Shown: positions 25,420 through 39,151 of the stretch, piece by piece
How positions within the stretch are numbered: position 1 is the first letter of the stretch
How the letters are laid out: every line of letters begins with the position of its first letter
Position numbers and translations under genes: made by a program
From: Octopus vulgaris
Lineage: Eukaryota
DNA length: 64,000 nucleotides
Assembly (NCBI GenBank): GCA_951406725.2
Contig: OX597816.1
Location: 9,672,001 to 9,736,000 of the forward strand
Reading direction: 5' to 3'
The notes under the pieces: model-generated
What the model was told of the DNA's origin: nothing
What the model saw: only the letters and a program-made list of their open reading frames with translations
The model's database searches: none

Positions 25420-26042
25420 CATGGGTTTGTGGTTAAAATGTTGGTTTCTCAACTACATGGTTTGGTATTCAGTCCCACAGCATGATATCTTGAGCAAGTA
25501 TCTTCTACTATAGTTTTGGGCTGACCAAAACTCTATGAGTGGATCTGACAGACAGAAACTGAAAGAATCTCTTTGTGCATGTGTGTGTGTGTATCTTCAT
25601 GTCTTTTAACCCTTTAGCATTTATACTGGCCATATCCGGCCAAAAGTATTTTGCCTGTTTTATGTTCAAACTGGCAAGATCTTGTCTCTTACACTAACCC
25701 TACAATATCGTTTTAAAAATTAACAGCTACCTCATCAAAATCTCATAGCTACAAGATAATGCATGATTAGTTCAAAACAAAGTGGATAAAAATGGATTAA
25801 TTTTGGCAGAATAATGTGAACACTAAAGGGTTAACAATGTAAATGCTCAATGTTAAGAATAACAATACTTATGTCATTCAATGTTTGATCTTCCATGAAA
25901 ACTTGTCAGGCCATGGGGAAATATTACTTGCTTGGAAACATGCTGGTTGGCACTAGGAAGGACATCTGGCCATAGAAAATCTGCCTCAACCACTTCCATT
26001 TTATCCATGCAAGCATGAGAAAGAGTGAGAACGAAGATGATG
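25420..26042 (+). mobile_element. SINE family B interrupted by a TTAA MITE
   Basis: Head at 25420-25570; tail ATCCATGCAAGCATGAGAAAG...GATGATGA at ~26005-26042. Confidence 0.75.
25610..25830. mobile_element. TTAA-flanked MITE with CCCTTTAG TIRs (piggyBac-like termini)
   Basis: TTAA(25606-09)CCCTTTAG...CTAAAGGG-TTAA(25831-34); related copy at 60637-60970. Confidence 0.85.
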
Positions 26043-26422
26043 ATTAACTAACTTCAAAGCAGTTTCCTGAAAAATTAATGTAAATTTTCCAAGGTTTTTA
26101 GGTGAAGAGTTTGATGAATCTTAGCTCAATTTTTATGTAGATTTCAACCAAAACAGTATTTTACCATATTTTCATGTATTTGATAATTGAAGTATTTCCT
26201 CATATTTTTCTTCTGTAACATCTCCCTTTGAAAATTGAATTCTAAAACAATTTTTTTATCATCTTCAATTCATTTGAAAATTTTTTAACTGAACTATCCT
26301 TCATGTTGAAATGAGGTGTTTCGTGACATTAACAAATTACTTCTAACAAAATCATTTAATTAAAAGTTTTGTCTTGTGAAGATTCAATAAATACAAATAT
26401 GAATAACACCATCAAAAGAAAG

Positions 26423-26740
26423 CTCTCCCTCTCTCTCTCTCTGTATATATATATATATACACACACACACACAAATCTATATATACATAAACACACATAT
26501 ATATGTACTACATAGAGATACACATATACAGATTAATATATACATACATTATATATATATATAAATATACATACTTATATGTATATATGCACACACATAT
26601 ATATACATACACATATATATATGCTTGCATACGCATACATACACACACAAGTACATACATACATGTGTATACATATATATATATATATATATATATAAAT
26701 TAGACAAAGACCGCCTTTTATTATATATATATATATATGA
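26423..26740. repeat. CT/TA/CA microsatellite tract
   Basis: Read directly. Confidence 0.9.
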
Positions 26741-27077
26741 ATTGTACTATATTACTTCACAGTTGTTTGAACAGTTGAAAATATAGCAAATGTTCAATGC
26801 AGAGATATTAAAATTTTGAAGGGAAAAAAACCTCACCTAAATATCTAAGCAAGAAGTTGAAATAACTAAAAAGAAAAAAAAAAACAAAAATAGAATGATT
26901 TATCTTGCTTCTCAGTTTCCTTTATGAAGTAAGAGGATACAGCCAAATGAATCTACTTTAAACAAAAGGATTTGAACTGGAAAATAGATAATCACAAAAA
27001 CTAAATACAGTCTTTTGTTTTAACCAATTCCACTATAATATCTGTGGTTATAGGTTTGCTAGATCAGCGATGATGAT

Positions 27078-27384
27078 GAGGCATAGCTTAGAGGTTTGGG
27101 TATTCAGTGCATGGTTGTAAAGTTGTGAGTTTGATTCCAGGTAGTGCATTGTGTCTTTGAGGGAGACACTTTATTTCATGTTGATCCAGTCCCTTCAGCT
27201 GACAAAATTAGGCTGTAACTGTATTTCAAAGGGCCAGCCATGGCACATTCTGTTTCATGCTGAATCTCCCCAAGAACTACAATAAAGGTACATGTGTCTG
27301 TAAAGTGCTCAGGCACTTGCACATTAATTTCATGGGTAGACCGTTCTGTTGATTGGAACCTTCGTTGTCATAACTAATGGAGTG
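27078..27384 (+). mobile_element. SINE family C, older copy
   Basis: Colinear with 48450-48776, with CpG decay. Confidence 0.85.
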
Positions 27385-27774
27385 ATGGTTAATAGATGAG
27401 GGATGACATAGGTCTAGATAACAACAACCACATAAGACATGAATACTTAATCACTTTTAATATTTTAATGAAATTGTGGGAAAGGACAACAAAATGTGCA
27501 AGAAATAGCAGTTAGTCAATATGGTAATAATAAATAGGAAGATGGCTTCATTTTCATGTTTTAATTTAACATTATTTAATTTGACTAACAAAAACAAAAC
27601 ATACATTATCTTCCAAACATACATTATCTTCTTTCTTTTATCTTTTACTTGTTTTAGTGATTAGACTCTAGCCATGCTGGGGCACTGCCTAGAATTTTAA
27701 TCCAATTTGTTGATTCCAGGAACTTAACAACTAAGTTACAGGGATATAAACCCACCAACACCTGTCGTCAAGCA

Positions 27775-28350
27775 TTGGCTTTGTGAACAGTTACTGTCAT
27801 GAAGCTCCTCATGAACTGATCGATGACCATGATCAATAATATGTCAACATTTGTAAACAAATGCTGGCAAATCCTCAAGATCCCATTTTGGGTGACAAAT
27901 CGTAAATGGGGATGAAAAATGGATTTATTTTCTTAATCCTAATAAAAAACATCAGTGGCTTCATTCCAGCCAGGCTTCAGAACATGTTGTTAAACAAGGG
28001 CAGTTTGAACAGAAGATTATGTTGTGTGGTTGATGGAATTTCAAGGGATGTTGCACTTTGAGCCTGTCCCAAATGGTCATACTGTGAATGCTAACTCAAC
28101 AACTGCAGTGAGTATATGATGATTTTAAAGCCCACTACCTAGTGTTAGTCGATTGAAGATATGCACTCCTATGACATAACAATGCTTCAACAAACACTCC
28201 CAATGTGACCAATGGCAAACTTGAAGCTAGAAGTGCTGCCTCACCCTGCTTATAGTCCAGACTTTGGACCATCAGATTACTAACCTTTCTGAGCGATGGC
28301 TCATTTCCTGTGTGGACAGAGATTCAACAATGCGGATGAGGTTGATACCA
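27775..28350 (+). pseudogene. Decayed mariner (Tc1/mariner, DD34D-type) transposase catalytic domain, absent from the ORF track
   Basis: Manual translation across frameshifts: APHEL (27804), IVNGDEKWIYF (GDEKW at 27908), KIMLCG*WNFKG, LHFEPVPNGHTVNA, LL*HNNA, EVLPHPAYSPDFGPSDY (YSPD at 28251), AMAHFLCGQRFNNADEV. Confidence 0.9.
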
Positions 28351-28562
28351 GTGATATCTTCGAAACGTGTCAGAAGTAAAAGAATTTGAATAACAGCTGT
28401 GTTTAACTCCATTTATTTATTTATATATATTATACAAAATATTTCATGTAAACCCAGAGTTTCTACCTTTAAAAATAAGGAGTTACAACCTTTTTACTTG
28501 TGTGATTTTTTGCTTCCCTGGTAACTATCTTTTTTTCCATATTAATTGTTAACAAAGGGAAA

Positions 28563-28953
28563 ATACACACATCTATTCATATATACATATACATATATAC
28601 ATATACATACACACATGCATATATATATACACACATACACATATACATACGTATATATATATATATGCATATACATACATATATATACACACATATATAC
28701 ATATATACACACATACATATACACACATACATACATATAGATACACATATATATATATACATATATATATACACATATATACATGTATATACACAGATAT
28801 ATACACATATATACATGTATATACACATATGTATATACATATAAATACATATATACATACATATACATATATGTGTGTGTGTGTGTATATATGTGTGTGT
28901 ATATATATATATGTATGTATATATGTGTGTGTGTATATATATGTGTATAAATA

Positions 28954-29003
<50 letters not shown>

Positions 29004-29097
29004 AGTATATATATATATGTATGTGTGTGTATATATATATATATGTATGTGTGTATGTACATATGAACATAGATACATATGTGCATGTGTGTGCACA
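28563..29097. repeat. Long degenerate TA/CA then TA/TG microsatellite
   Basis: Read directly; explains six overlapping ORFs. Confidence 0.95.
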
Positions 29098-30452
29098 AAG
29101 CAATTCCTTAAATGTAAGTGAATGAAAAGAAAGAGGTGTCTATTTTTGTAAATGAGCCAGTTTACAGTTAAAACTTGAAGAATATAGACTGGCAAATTTC
29201 CATCTATTCTGCTAAATATTGCCCAAAGACATGTTATCTTTTGTTTCTTAAAAATCTAAAGCAGTTTGATAAGAAATTTTCAGCTCAAAGACTGCAGTAT
29301 CTCCAACATAACAACCTTTGACAGACATTCTATAACATTCCTGTTTTTTCATTCATATATGTTGTGTTATATTTATATTTCTTCACAGAAGCCACAGAGA
29401 GAGAGAGAGAGAGAGGAACACCTTGGAAGACACTGATAAACCAAGAAGTATAAGGTAATAATAAGTCTTCAAAGAAATTAGGAGATAGAAAAACATCCAT
29501 GACTACTGAAAGTAATAATTGTGAATTACACCAAAGTTCTTCATTTGTCCTTATATTGAGTTGGAAAACTTTTTGTCTTGTCTAGTAATCTATAACTAAC
29601 ACTTTACAGCAAGTGGACAAACAACATACATCCCCACCACCTACACACACCATTATCATCACTTAGAATTCTCAATTTTCTGTGCTTTAAACAAAATTCA
29701 CTGAGGCAGAAATTCTGTGGGCAGACACTCTTCCTGTCACCAACTCTCACCAGGTTTCTAAACCCATGACTGGACATGTTCTACACAGAAGACTGGAAAT
29801 AATCAGCATCACTTCTATAACAATGATCATTTAGCACCATCCCATCAGGTGATATCACAACAAAGACATAGGCACACAAGCATGCACACACACACACATA
29901 AAAGTGTGTGTGTGTAGTTTACATACAGTGGCTGGACCAGCATATCGAATAGAGTAAAAAGCACTTTTCTAAGGTGCTGCAAAGTGGGACAGAACCTAAA
30001 CCACAGAGTTGGAAAGCAAACTTCTTAACCACACAGCCATACCTGCAGTGATTTACATTTGTATATATCACATTTGTATCACTAACCACGAATAGTCACT
30101 GACTCTATTAATAAGAACTTAATTCTGTGTGTGAGCCTGTGTGCTAGACCACACGTGTGTGTGTGTGCTAGACCACACGTGTGTGTGTGCTTGTATGCGC
30201 ATGTGTGTTTGTACAAGCATGTGTATGTGTATGCCAAACCACGTATGTGTGTAAGTTTGTACATCCATATCTACTAATAGTTATATCTAATACTTTTTTC
30301 ACTGTAGTGTGTATTTGTTTCTTTTTGTATCTGATCTTTGTTATGAATCTTCTATAACAATAAAGCGGTATCCCTTAATTTGCCGTTTTATATAGGAAGA
30401 CCAAGAAGAAATTTTGCAAAACAGAGTTTACTTTAATGAGATGCCTCTTGAA

Positions 30453-30536
30453 GTCACCTGAGGAGACACATCTACACTGCATAGTATCCCACCCATGAGG
30501 AACCAATACTTAATGAGTTGAAACAATTGTAGTGAT
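30453..30536 (+). ncRNA. Type I hammerhead ribozyme motif followed by AATAAA (Penelope-like terminal-repeat remnant)
   Basis: GTCAC-CTGAGGA(30458-64)-GACACAT...ATGAGTT-GAAA(30520-23)-CAATTGT-A-GTGAT; palindromic ACAATTGT helix III, GUA triplet; AATAAA at 30538. Confidence 0.75.
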
Positions 30537-30658
30537 CAATAAAGATTTTCATATCTTGCATCTTCTATCTCTCTCAGTAATCACATACCAAACAAACACT
30601 GAGCCAGTGAACGTGCTTTACCAGCAAACTCCCAAGTCTATACCATACAATTTATTAA

Positions 30659-30712
<54 letters not shown>

Positions 30713-30956
30713 TATACAAAACCTCTGTATTAAGTATGGCTAACACAAACTATAAATAACAATAAATGACATCCCAATGAATTAACACACATTAAGACAT
30801 TAAAAACATGACAAAACAAGGTACAAAATTTCACTAAAGAACATATACAAATAAATATACCAAACACAGACATCCCATCATGAGTTGCCAATCAAAATCC
30901 TTATGATTTCAACACCTGGGCACTCACAGAAACAGACGGATGCACACACACATATA

Positions 30957-31023
<67 letters not shown>

Positions 31024-31898
31024 ATCATAAGAACAACATAGCTTTTCTAAAAGGTATGTTATTTGTATGACTTACAAGTAACTATAGAAAGCTAAGTATC
31101 CAAATTCTAGCTTTTAGTTTATACAATCAATATAAAATTAGACAATATAGACAGCTTTAAATATATCTAGTTATTATGGCATCAATATAAAACTGTAAAC
31201 AAATTACATCTTGTGTTCCAAGTGCCTAAGATATTACAAAAGCAGATTACTGAAGTGAAAAATATCTTTACAATATGTTTAAACATTGCTACTACAGATA
31301 AACAACACAATAAAAAAATGTTGCAGGATATAATGAAAAGAATGAATATATTAGTAAGCTAATTTATTATATAAAATGTTGGTTGTATGTTTTGATATTG
31401 GGGATGTAGACAAGGAAAAGAGTGAGCAGAGAATTCAATCAGTATTTCTTGCCATGGTGTTCAGATCTTTATTTCAGAAACACAGACCTAAGATTTCTTA
31501 TTTAAAATATTATAGGGTCAGGTGAGGGTGTGTGGCTAAGAAACTTGCTTCCCAGCCATGTAATTTCAAATTCAGTCCTAGTGCTTGGTGCTTTGGACAA
31601 GTGTCTTCTGTTATAACCCTAGGCCAACTGAAGTCTTCTTATATGGATTTTTATAGACGGAAACTGAAAGAAATGTATTTTATCTATGTATGTTGTGTGT
31701 GTGTGTGTGTGCATGCGTGCGTCTCCTTGTTTTGATATCATGTGATGGTTGTGGAGTGTCACCATCATAGAAGTGGAGGAGATCATTTCTTTCTAATCTT
31801 TTGCGAAAATATGTCCAAGTTTTGAGTTTTTCCAGTCTTGTTCTGATATCATCAAAGAGACATAGCTTTCCCATTACATGCCAAAATAGCTATGAAAG

Positions 31899-31900
<2 letters not shown>

Positions 31901-31935
<35 letters not shown>

Positions 31936-32210
31936 GTTTAACGTCCGTTCTCCATGCTAGCATAGGTTGGACGGTTCGACCAGGGATCTGGGAAGCCAGA
32001 AGGCTGCACCAGGCTCCAGTCTTATCTGGCAATGTTTCTACAGCTGGATGCCCTTCCTAACGCCAACCACTCCGTGAGTGTAGTGGGTGCTTTTTACGTG
32101 CCACCTGCACAGGTGTCAGGCGAGGCTGGCAACGGCCACGGTCGGATTGGTGTATTTTATGTATTTTATGTGCCACCAGCATGGAGACCAGTCGAGGCGG
32201 CGCTGGCATC
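31901..32210 (-). mobile_element. Young RTE-type 3' end with (CAT)n tail
   Basis: Reverse complement of the 21367-21657 family. Confidence 0.88.
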
Positions 32211-34704
32211 ATTAAATAAATATGTATTAGATTGTGTATTTGTATAAGAAAATAAAATTGCATAGGAAATTAATAATTTAAAGATGTCATTTGCATTTCA
32301 TGATTAAACCATAAAGAAACTATACATACTTAAGGTCTCTGAAGACCTTCTACTGTTCAGCTCTCTTGAGAGTTTCTTACTACCAGTAGAATGTGATTTT
32401 TTTTTTCTTGGCAGAAAATATCAAAATTACTCAAAAAATTGTGTAGCAATTGATAACACTAAATTTAAATTTTAGTGAACAGCATTTTTACATCAATAAG
32501 TAGATGCACTTTCAAAATTTCTAACAATGATTTACAGTTTGATATATTTCTTGTGTAAGTGACATTATTAACTATTCTGTTTTATCATGTTTCTGCTGAA
32601 GTACACCGACTTTGTTTCAAATAATTTAGAAAATAATGAAGGATTTGTTAAAATAACTCCGTTGTTATTAAGCTGGTATTTGGAACATAGCTTGAAGGAA
32701 AATTTTAATTTAAATTTCTTTAAAACAGGAAGTTTGTATCATAGAACAAGGATCAGTCTTGAGCAAATTAATATCAAAGGAGTTTATGGATCAATATTTG
32801 CAAGGTATAGTGACAAACCATTTTTTTTTTGTTTTTGTTTTTTGTGAAAATCTGTAAACACAGCAAAATTATTTGATATAATAATATTTTGTTGTATATA
32901 AAATCGATTTCTAACATTAGCAGAAAGCTACAAAATTTGCAACAGGACAGAGTTGGTTTTATTGTCCATAGTACAAGACTTACATTTATCTTATTAATCC
33001 CAGAACAAAGTAAATCCTGGTAAGGTTTGAACCTACAATATTAAAAGATATAATTAAATACTATAATGCATTTATTTTCAAGGACTACCAATTCTGCTGA
33101 CCACCACCCTGAGAACTTCTTATATCTAATCTAGGTCCTTAGCTTTATACAGGTGCCGCACAAAATTAGGATAAATAATTAAGATGAAGTAGAATTTATA
33201 TAAAAGTTTTAACTATACAATAATATCCAAAGAAACCCAAGAGGGTTGGCATTGAAAATAGATGGGAAGAAAAGGAACAGGTTTAATGTTGTGGAGGAGA
33301 TTTATGGCTACCTCACATTTTGTATGTAAAATGAATATTTTATATTGCCCATTGTTAAGTTTCAGAGAAAAGGTCTCAGCTCCAAATTTTCAACAAGCTG
33401 TTAGTTAAGAGAACACATACACACACATGCAAAAGCTATTCTATTTATAAGATTAATTGAGATGTTAGTGGGGAAAATATAATTAAAATATGCATTGTTT
33501 ATTTAAAGGAAGGAGTTATATTTTAGCAAAATGTGTTAAGCATTTCTGTATCAGTTTGTTGCTCCCACCTCCAACTGCAAAGAATAGCTAGAGATAAAGC
33601 TTTTCAATCAACTATTTGAGAGTTCCTACATACAAAATGGCATCTCAAGTAATATGCAATTAGGGTTGTCTTGAATTTATTGCAGGTAAATGAGTTGCAA
33701 AAATATCTGATAAAATAATAGAATCTATGAGAAATAGAGGAAAAGAGAGAGAGTGTGTGTGCATGTTGTGTGAGTCTGTATGAACACATGGGTTGTATTT
33801 TATGATAGGTTTACCCTATCAGCAAAATTTAAAAGGCATTCAGATATTTGCTTGCATTTCAGAGGCAAACACTATCATGAAATATTACAACTAAGCATAC
33901 ACCCCCCCACCATGTGGTGATTGTATACATGGACATGTACGTGTCTAAATCTACATAGACATGCAAAATTTAATTGAATACTGTATATGAGATTTTGTGT
34001 ATATTATATATAAAATTTTGTGTATGTGAGAGCATAAATATTGTATATGTTGACTTAAATTCAAGATCATATTATTAATAAGTTATACATATACATCAAT
34101 CAGTTGTGCTGTCTACATTAAAAGATTGAGGGAATATATAAAGAATATATAACAAATAGTTAGAGAGTATCCTGGCTAATGGGAATTTAATGTCCTGCTG
34201 CTCCTAAAATCTAACATTGCATTTATTGGAAACTTTGAGCCAAATTTAATGACATATGTTAAAAAAGATAAAGATATTTCTGCAATAAAGATAAATGATA
34301 TTACAATTTTCTCCAATATTCTCAATGGCTATTGATGCTGTTGCAAGAATGTCAACTTAACCTGAAATGTTGAAAAAAACTTTTTTAAAGATAAAATAAA
34401 ATTAGAAAAACATTAAAACAACCATTCTTTCTCAAAGAAAGAAGAACTGACTAATCAGTTATCTATTATGCTGACACAAAATATGTATTTTCTCAAGAAA
34501 GAATAATACATATTTTTAAGGTAGGTGGGATATCAGAGAAACTGTCAACGTTTTGTGTTTAGACTACAATAACTGAAATGTTGGAATTTCTATTTTGTAA
34601 GTGGTTTGTTAGAACACACAAACACATGCATGTACACTCACATGCACACACACACACACAAGCTAAATGGTCTGGAAAGTTGATATTCTTTGTTCTTTAT
34701 TGTA

Positions 34705-34934
34705 TCTTTTATCTTTTGTCATTTACTTGTTTCAGTCATTAGACTGCAGCCATGATGGAGCACTGTGTTGAAGGGTTTAGTCAAACAAATCAACCCAGTA
34801 CTTTTTTCCCTAAGCCTGATGCTTATTCTATTGGTCTCTTTTTGCTGAACCACTAGGTTATGGGGACTTAAACACACCAACATTCATTGTCAAGTGGTGG
34901 TGGGTGATAAACACAGACACACACACATGCATAC

Positions 34935-34998
<64 letters not shown>

Positions 34999-35145
34999 CA
35001 GGTTTCTATCTACCAAATCTGCTCACAAGGCTTTGGTCAGACTGAGGCTACAGTTAAAGACACTTGCACAAGAGGCCGTGCAATGGGACCGAATCTGGAG
35101 CCATGTGGTTGGGAAACAAACTTTTCATGAAACAGCCACACCTAC
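34705..35145 (-). mobile_element. SINE family A with expanded (CA)n
   Basis: Colinear with 10967-11388. Confidence 0.8.
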
Positions 35146-35794
35146 ACCTAATATTTTCAGTTTATTCTCAAAGTAAAATGTATGTGTTACTAGATGCAAT
35201 GGTGGTGGTGGTGGTGGTGGTGATGGTGGTTGTGGTGTGGTAGCACATCTCTGTCTCTCAGCAACAAGGATTTCATTGTTTGATCATCTGAATTACTTGT
35301 TCTTGGATTAATGCATTAGTGCCTGTGCCTTTGACAGACTCAAGCAGAATCAACAATATGCAGTGTATGACAAGGCCTATCTTTTAAATTATAGATACAA
35401 TCTACCTTGTGAGTTTCTACTGTTTCAGCTTTCCCAATTTCACTCACAAATTATGAGTTGACTTGAGGCTGTAGAAAATGACACTTTCCAAAGTTTAGGC
35501 GCAGTGGGATCATAGCTGCGATCTTGTGCTTGTGAAGTAAACTTCTTAATCATTTGACAATAGTATGGGCAACAATATATTGTTATTATAACAATTATAT
35601 TATAACATATATACATTGCTTATATTGTTATTTTAATGATAATTGAACAGAACACAACCGACATGGAATCAGCAGAGAATAACTAAAAAAGAAAGCCATT
35701 TTAAGGGAAAGCAAGAAAAAGACTTGTCAACATATTTTGGATTCTGGAATATAATCTAATTAGTGTTCATTACTTTGTCTAATAACATTTATCT

Positions 35795-35950
35795 TATTTC
35801 TTTACTGCCCACAAGGGGCTACACACAGAGGGGACAGACAAACGGATTAAGTTGATTATATCAACCCCAGTGTGTAACTGGTACTTATTTAATCGACCCT
35901 GAAAAGATGAAAGGCAAAGTCGACCTTGGCGGAATTTGAACTCAGAACAT
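35795..35950 (-). mobile_element. 5'-truncated SINE family D with Tx1-like tail
   Basis: ACTGGTACTTATTTAATCGACCCTGAAAAGATGAAAGGCAAAGTCGAC domain and B box (GGAATTTGAACTC); tail resembles 61506-61560. Confidence 0.8.
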
Positions 35951-38900
35951 AGGAGTTGAAATAATGTGGTGAATAAAAAATAAAATTTCATCAAATTAAA
36001 ATTATTTTTGCAGTGTGGAAATGAGAACAGATTCAATGACTATTATTAATGAAATATTGTCAAAGCCAAAGAGTGACAACTCTATGACTAGATAAACATC
36101 ACAAGTACTGAAGAGGTATAAATAAGATCAAAACATGACTGAATTTACCATTTGCCAAAGATTAAATTAAATTTATTATATATTTTCTCCTAACTACAAA
36201 AGTAAGCTTGTAATTAATTGTAGTTGTTTTCTTTTTTTCATAACATTAAATTTGTAGCATTTACTCAATTATGGAATTTCATGCAGATGGCAACCCTTGG
36301 TAATTTCTCACATCCATTACATTTATATCCTGCCATAACGGTGGTCATAAATGGCCAAAATTGCTATAAGTTGCAAAATTGCTATAACTTGAAGATAACT
36401 GTACTTGCTGAAATCAATATCCACTAGAGATATAAATATTATCCCACTAAAGATTATCAATTTCATGTAACAGTTTCCAATTCTTCAGAATGAAACCCAA
36501 AAGACTAATATACATGTATAATATATGTATGCAAATGTGTGTGTGCACATATACACACATACAGGCACACTCACACAAGCACATATGTGCACAAGCACAC
36601 ACACAAGTATGCACACACACACATGTATATTGTTAGCAAACTATTGAGATAGATTAGTAGAAGTAGTAAAGAGCAACAAAGTGACCGAAACCATCATAAA
36701 AAATAGTGGGAGGAGTTAAGAGAATTGTTACCTCCCTTGAAAATAAAGTGGATTTTTTTTTTTCTTTCTTTCTGCAAAGGTCAAATAATATAATGTACAC
36801 AGAGAAAGTGTTAAGCTGCATCGTAGCACAACAGATGAGCCATAGAAGCTGGAAATGAAACAGATTATCAATAGGATGTTCAGAACTTTCATGGAAAGTT
36901 GAGTGCAAAAATAGCAAGGAAAATAGATGAGCATTTAGTACATGTGTGCAAGAGGAGATGAGTTGAACTAGCATGGACAATGACTGCTGGATGGTAAAGT
37001 AATGTGTGCTAAACAGTGAAAAGTAAGCAAGGAAAGTGAATGAAATGTATGAGAAGTGGTAAGGTCAGATTAATATATAAGTGATTGTGTCTCCTCCAGA
37101 ATGTCAGGTTGACCTAAAACCAGCATTCTGAAAAAAAAACAAACAAGCAAAAAAACACAATTGCTTGAGGTGATGCACTGAAAGATCAGAACCGGAAGTA
37201 TATGATTGTGAAGTGACTTCATTATGGCTCACTGATAATATTCACACTTATAATGGGGTATGGTGGAAAATATTTAAATTTCAGCAAGTTTTAGGGTGTG
37301 ACAGAAAAACCTCCCAAGCCTGTGGAGGCAAATGGCTTAGTGGTTAGGATGTTATACTCATGACTGTAAGATTGTGGTTTCAATTCGTGTTCTTAAGAAA
37401 AACACTTCATTTCACATTGCTCCAGTCCATTCAGCTGGTAAAAATGAGTAATCCTGTGACAGACTGGTGTCTAACCCATAGAGGAATGTATATGCCAGAG
37501 AAACCAGGAAACAGCCCTAAGCTCCTTACTGAGTAACGTAGATTAACTAAACCTGTAAATTGTGGGAGGTAATATTTTGCGGCACTCTGTATGTTAAATT
37601 AAAATAGGCAAAATTTAAAAAAATAAATAAAATAAGGGCAATAAATTGACATTTTTTTACAGATGAATAAAAGAAACAATGAAAATTTATTCATCCTAAT
37701 GAGAGGAGAATGGAAAAATCTGCTAAATGATCTGTTCCAACATGTTTCCGTGGAGGTGTAAGTCAGTGATTCCAAGATAATTTCACACTTTCTAACATGC
37801 TTAAAACAGGCTAAAATGGAAAATTCCAATATCCACATATGTATAAATAAAAGCAGCTTTCACAGATAGCCAAAAGCAAAAGCTATCCTGTAAATCACCA
37901 GAGAATATAAATTCTATGTAGTTTTTCAAAATGCATTAAAAAAAAAACCCAAAAGACAAATCGAAATTTTAACTTCAAAACAATAACGTATTCAATTTTA
38001 TGACAATTTTGTCAAGCCTCTAGGATTCCAGATATAAAATTTTATGTAAGAGTAGCAATTTGTCATTTCTTTTACTGCTCAAATTTCTTTCCTTATTCTG
38101 TGAGTTTTTAGAATATAATTCTTTGTTAAAAATAATACAGTAGCACATGTTATTTTTACTTATTGTTACATACCATTTTAGTATTATCTCCTACACAGAA
38201 GTAAGTAGTCTAAGATGACAACTACTCAGGTTCCAAACTACTGTATCACAGTGTAAAATTAGTTTAGAATGTCTAAAAATGACAAAATACTTTGACTCTT
38301 CTTACTGTTAGCATGCATTCAATCATTCAATCATAAGAGAAAAAAATAAAAAGTAAAAGCTTCATTTTGTCTATCAAACCTCACATATTCCCTTATCCAT
38401 CATTCAATTTTATCAAATTGTGTACAATTCTGATCGGCTGAGTAATAGTAAAAATAGAACATCTATATATGTTATTTTATTTTAATAAGAACAAAATGTA
38501 GAAAATAAATAAAAGCTAGTTTGTACTTGGATTACATGTTTTCTTACTTTCTCAGTGCTGTAAAATGTCTATTTTTGCTAGTAAATATTGACTTTTTTCT
38601 TTCAGTGTTTGCATTAACTTTCTGTTATCATAAAACCACTGAAGCACATTGGAAGCTAACTGGAGCCAAGACACATGGGAAAACAATCAAAGAAATTCAA
38701 AAGATAGCATTAAATTTAATTTTATTATTTAATTTGATAGAATTTAAAAGAAAACAAAAGGCTATACTAAAATCTCTATTGAAGAATCTAGGGAACAGAA
38801 AATGATTTTCAGGTTTACCTTTATTGCATTTGTGACTCTGATATTTAATCCTTGTTAGAAAGATTGGCATAAATGAATTTGAAAGCATTATAAAAAGCAA

Positions 38901-39116
38901 AAAAATAACGCAACCAACCCTGCATAGAAGTATATAAGCACACAATAACACATACACACACTTATGAATATATGGCTTGATCTTAGGTGCCCACAAACAA
39001 GAAATTGCAGTACTTAGATTTTGAAGTAGAATTTTATTATCTGTTTATTCATTCAAAACTCTGAATAATGACACGATAAAACTTTTGGATTTGAATGAAT
39101 AAACAGATTTTATATA

Positions 39117-39151
<35 letters not shown>

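Noticed and set aside
36780-37070. Possible very old RTE ORF remnant
   Set aside because: Only a faint resemblance; no motif could be translated with confidence.
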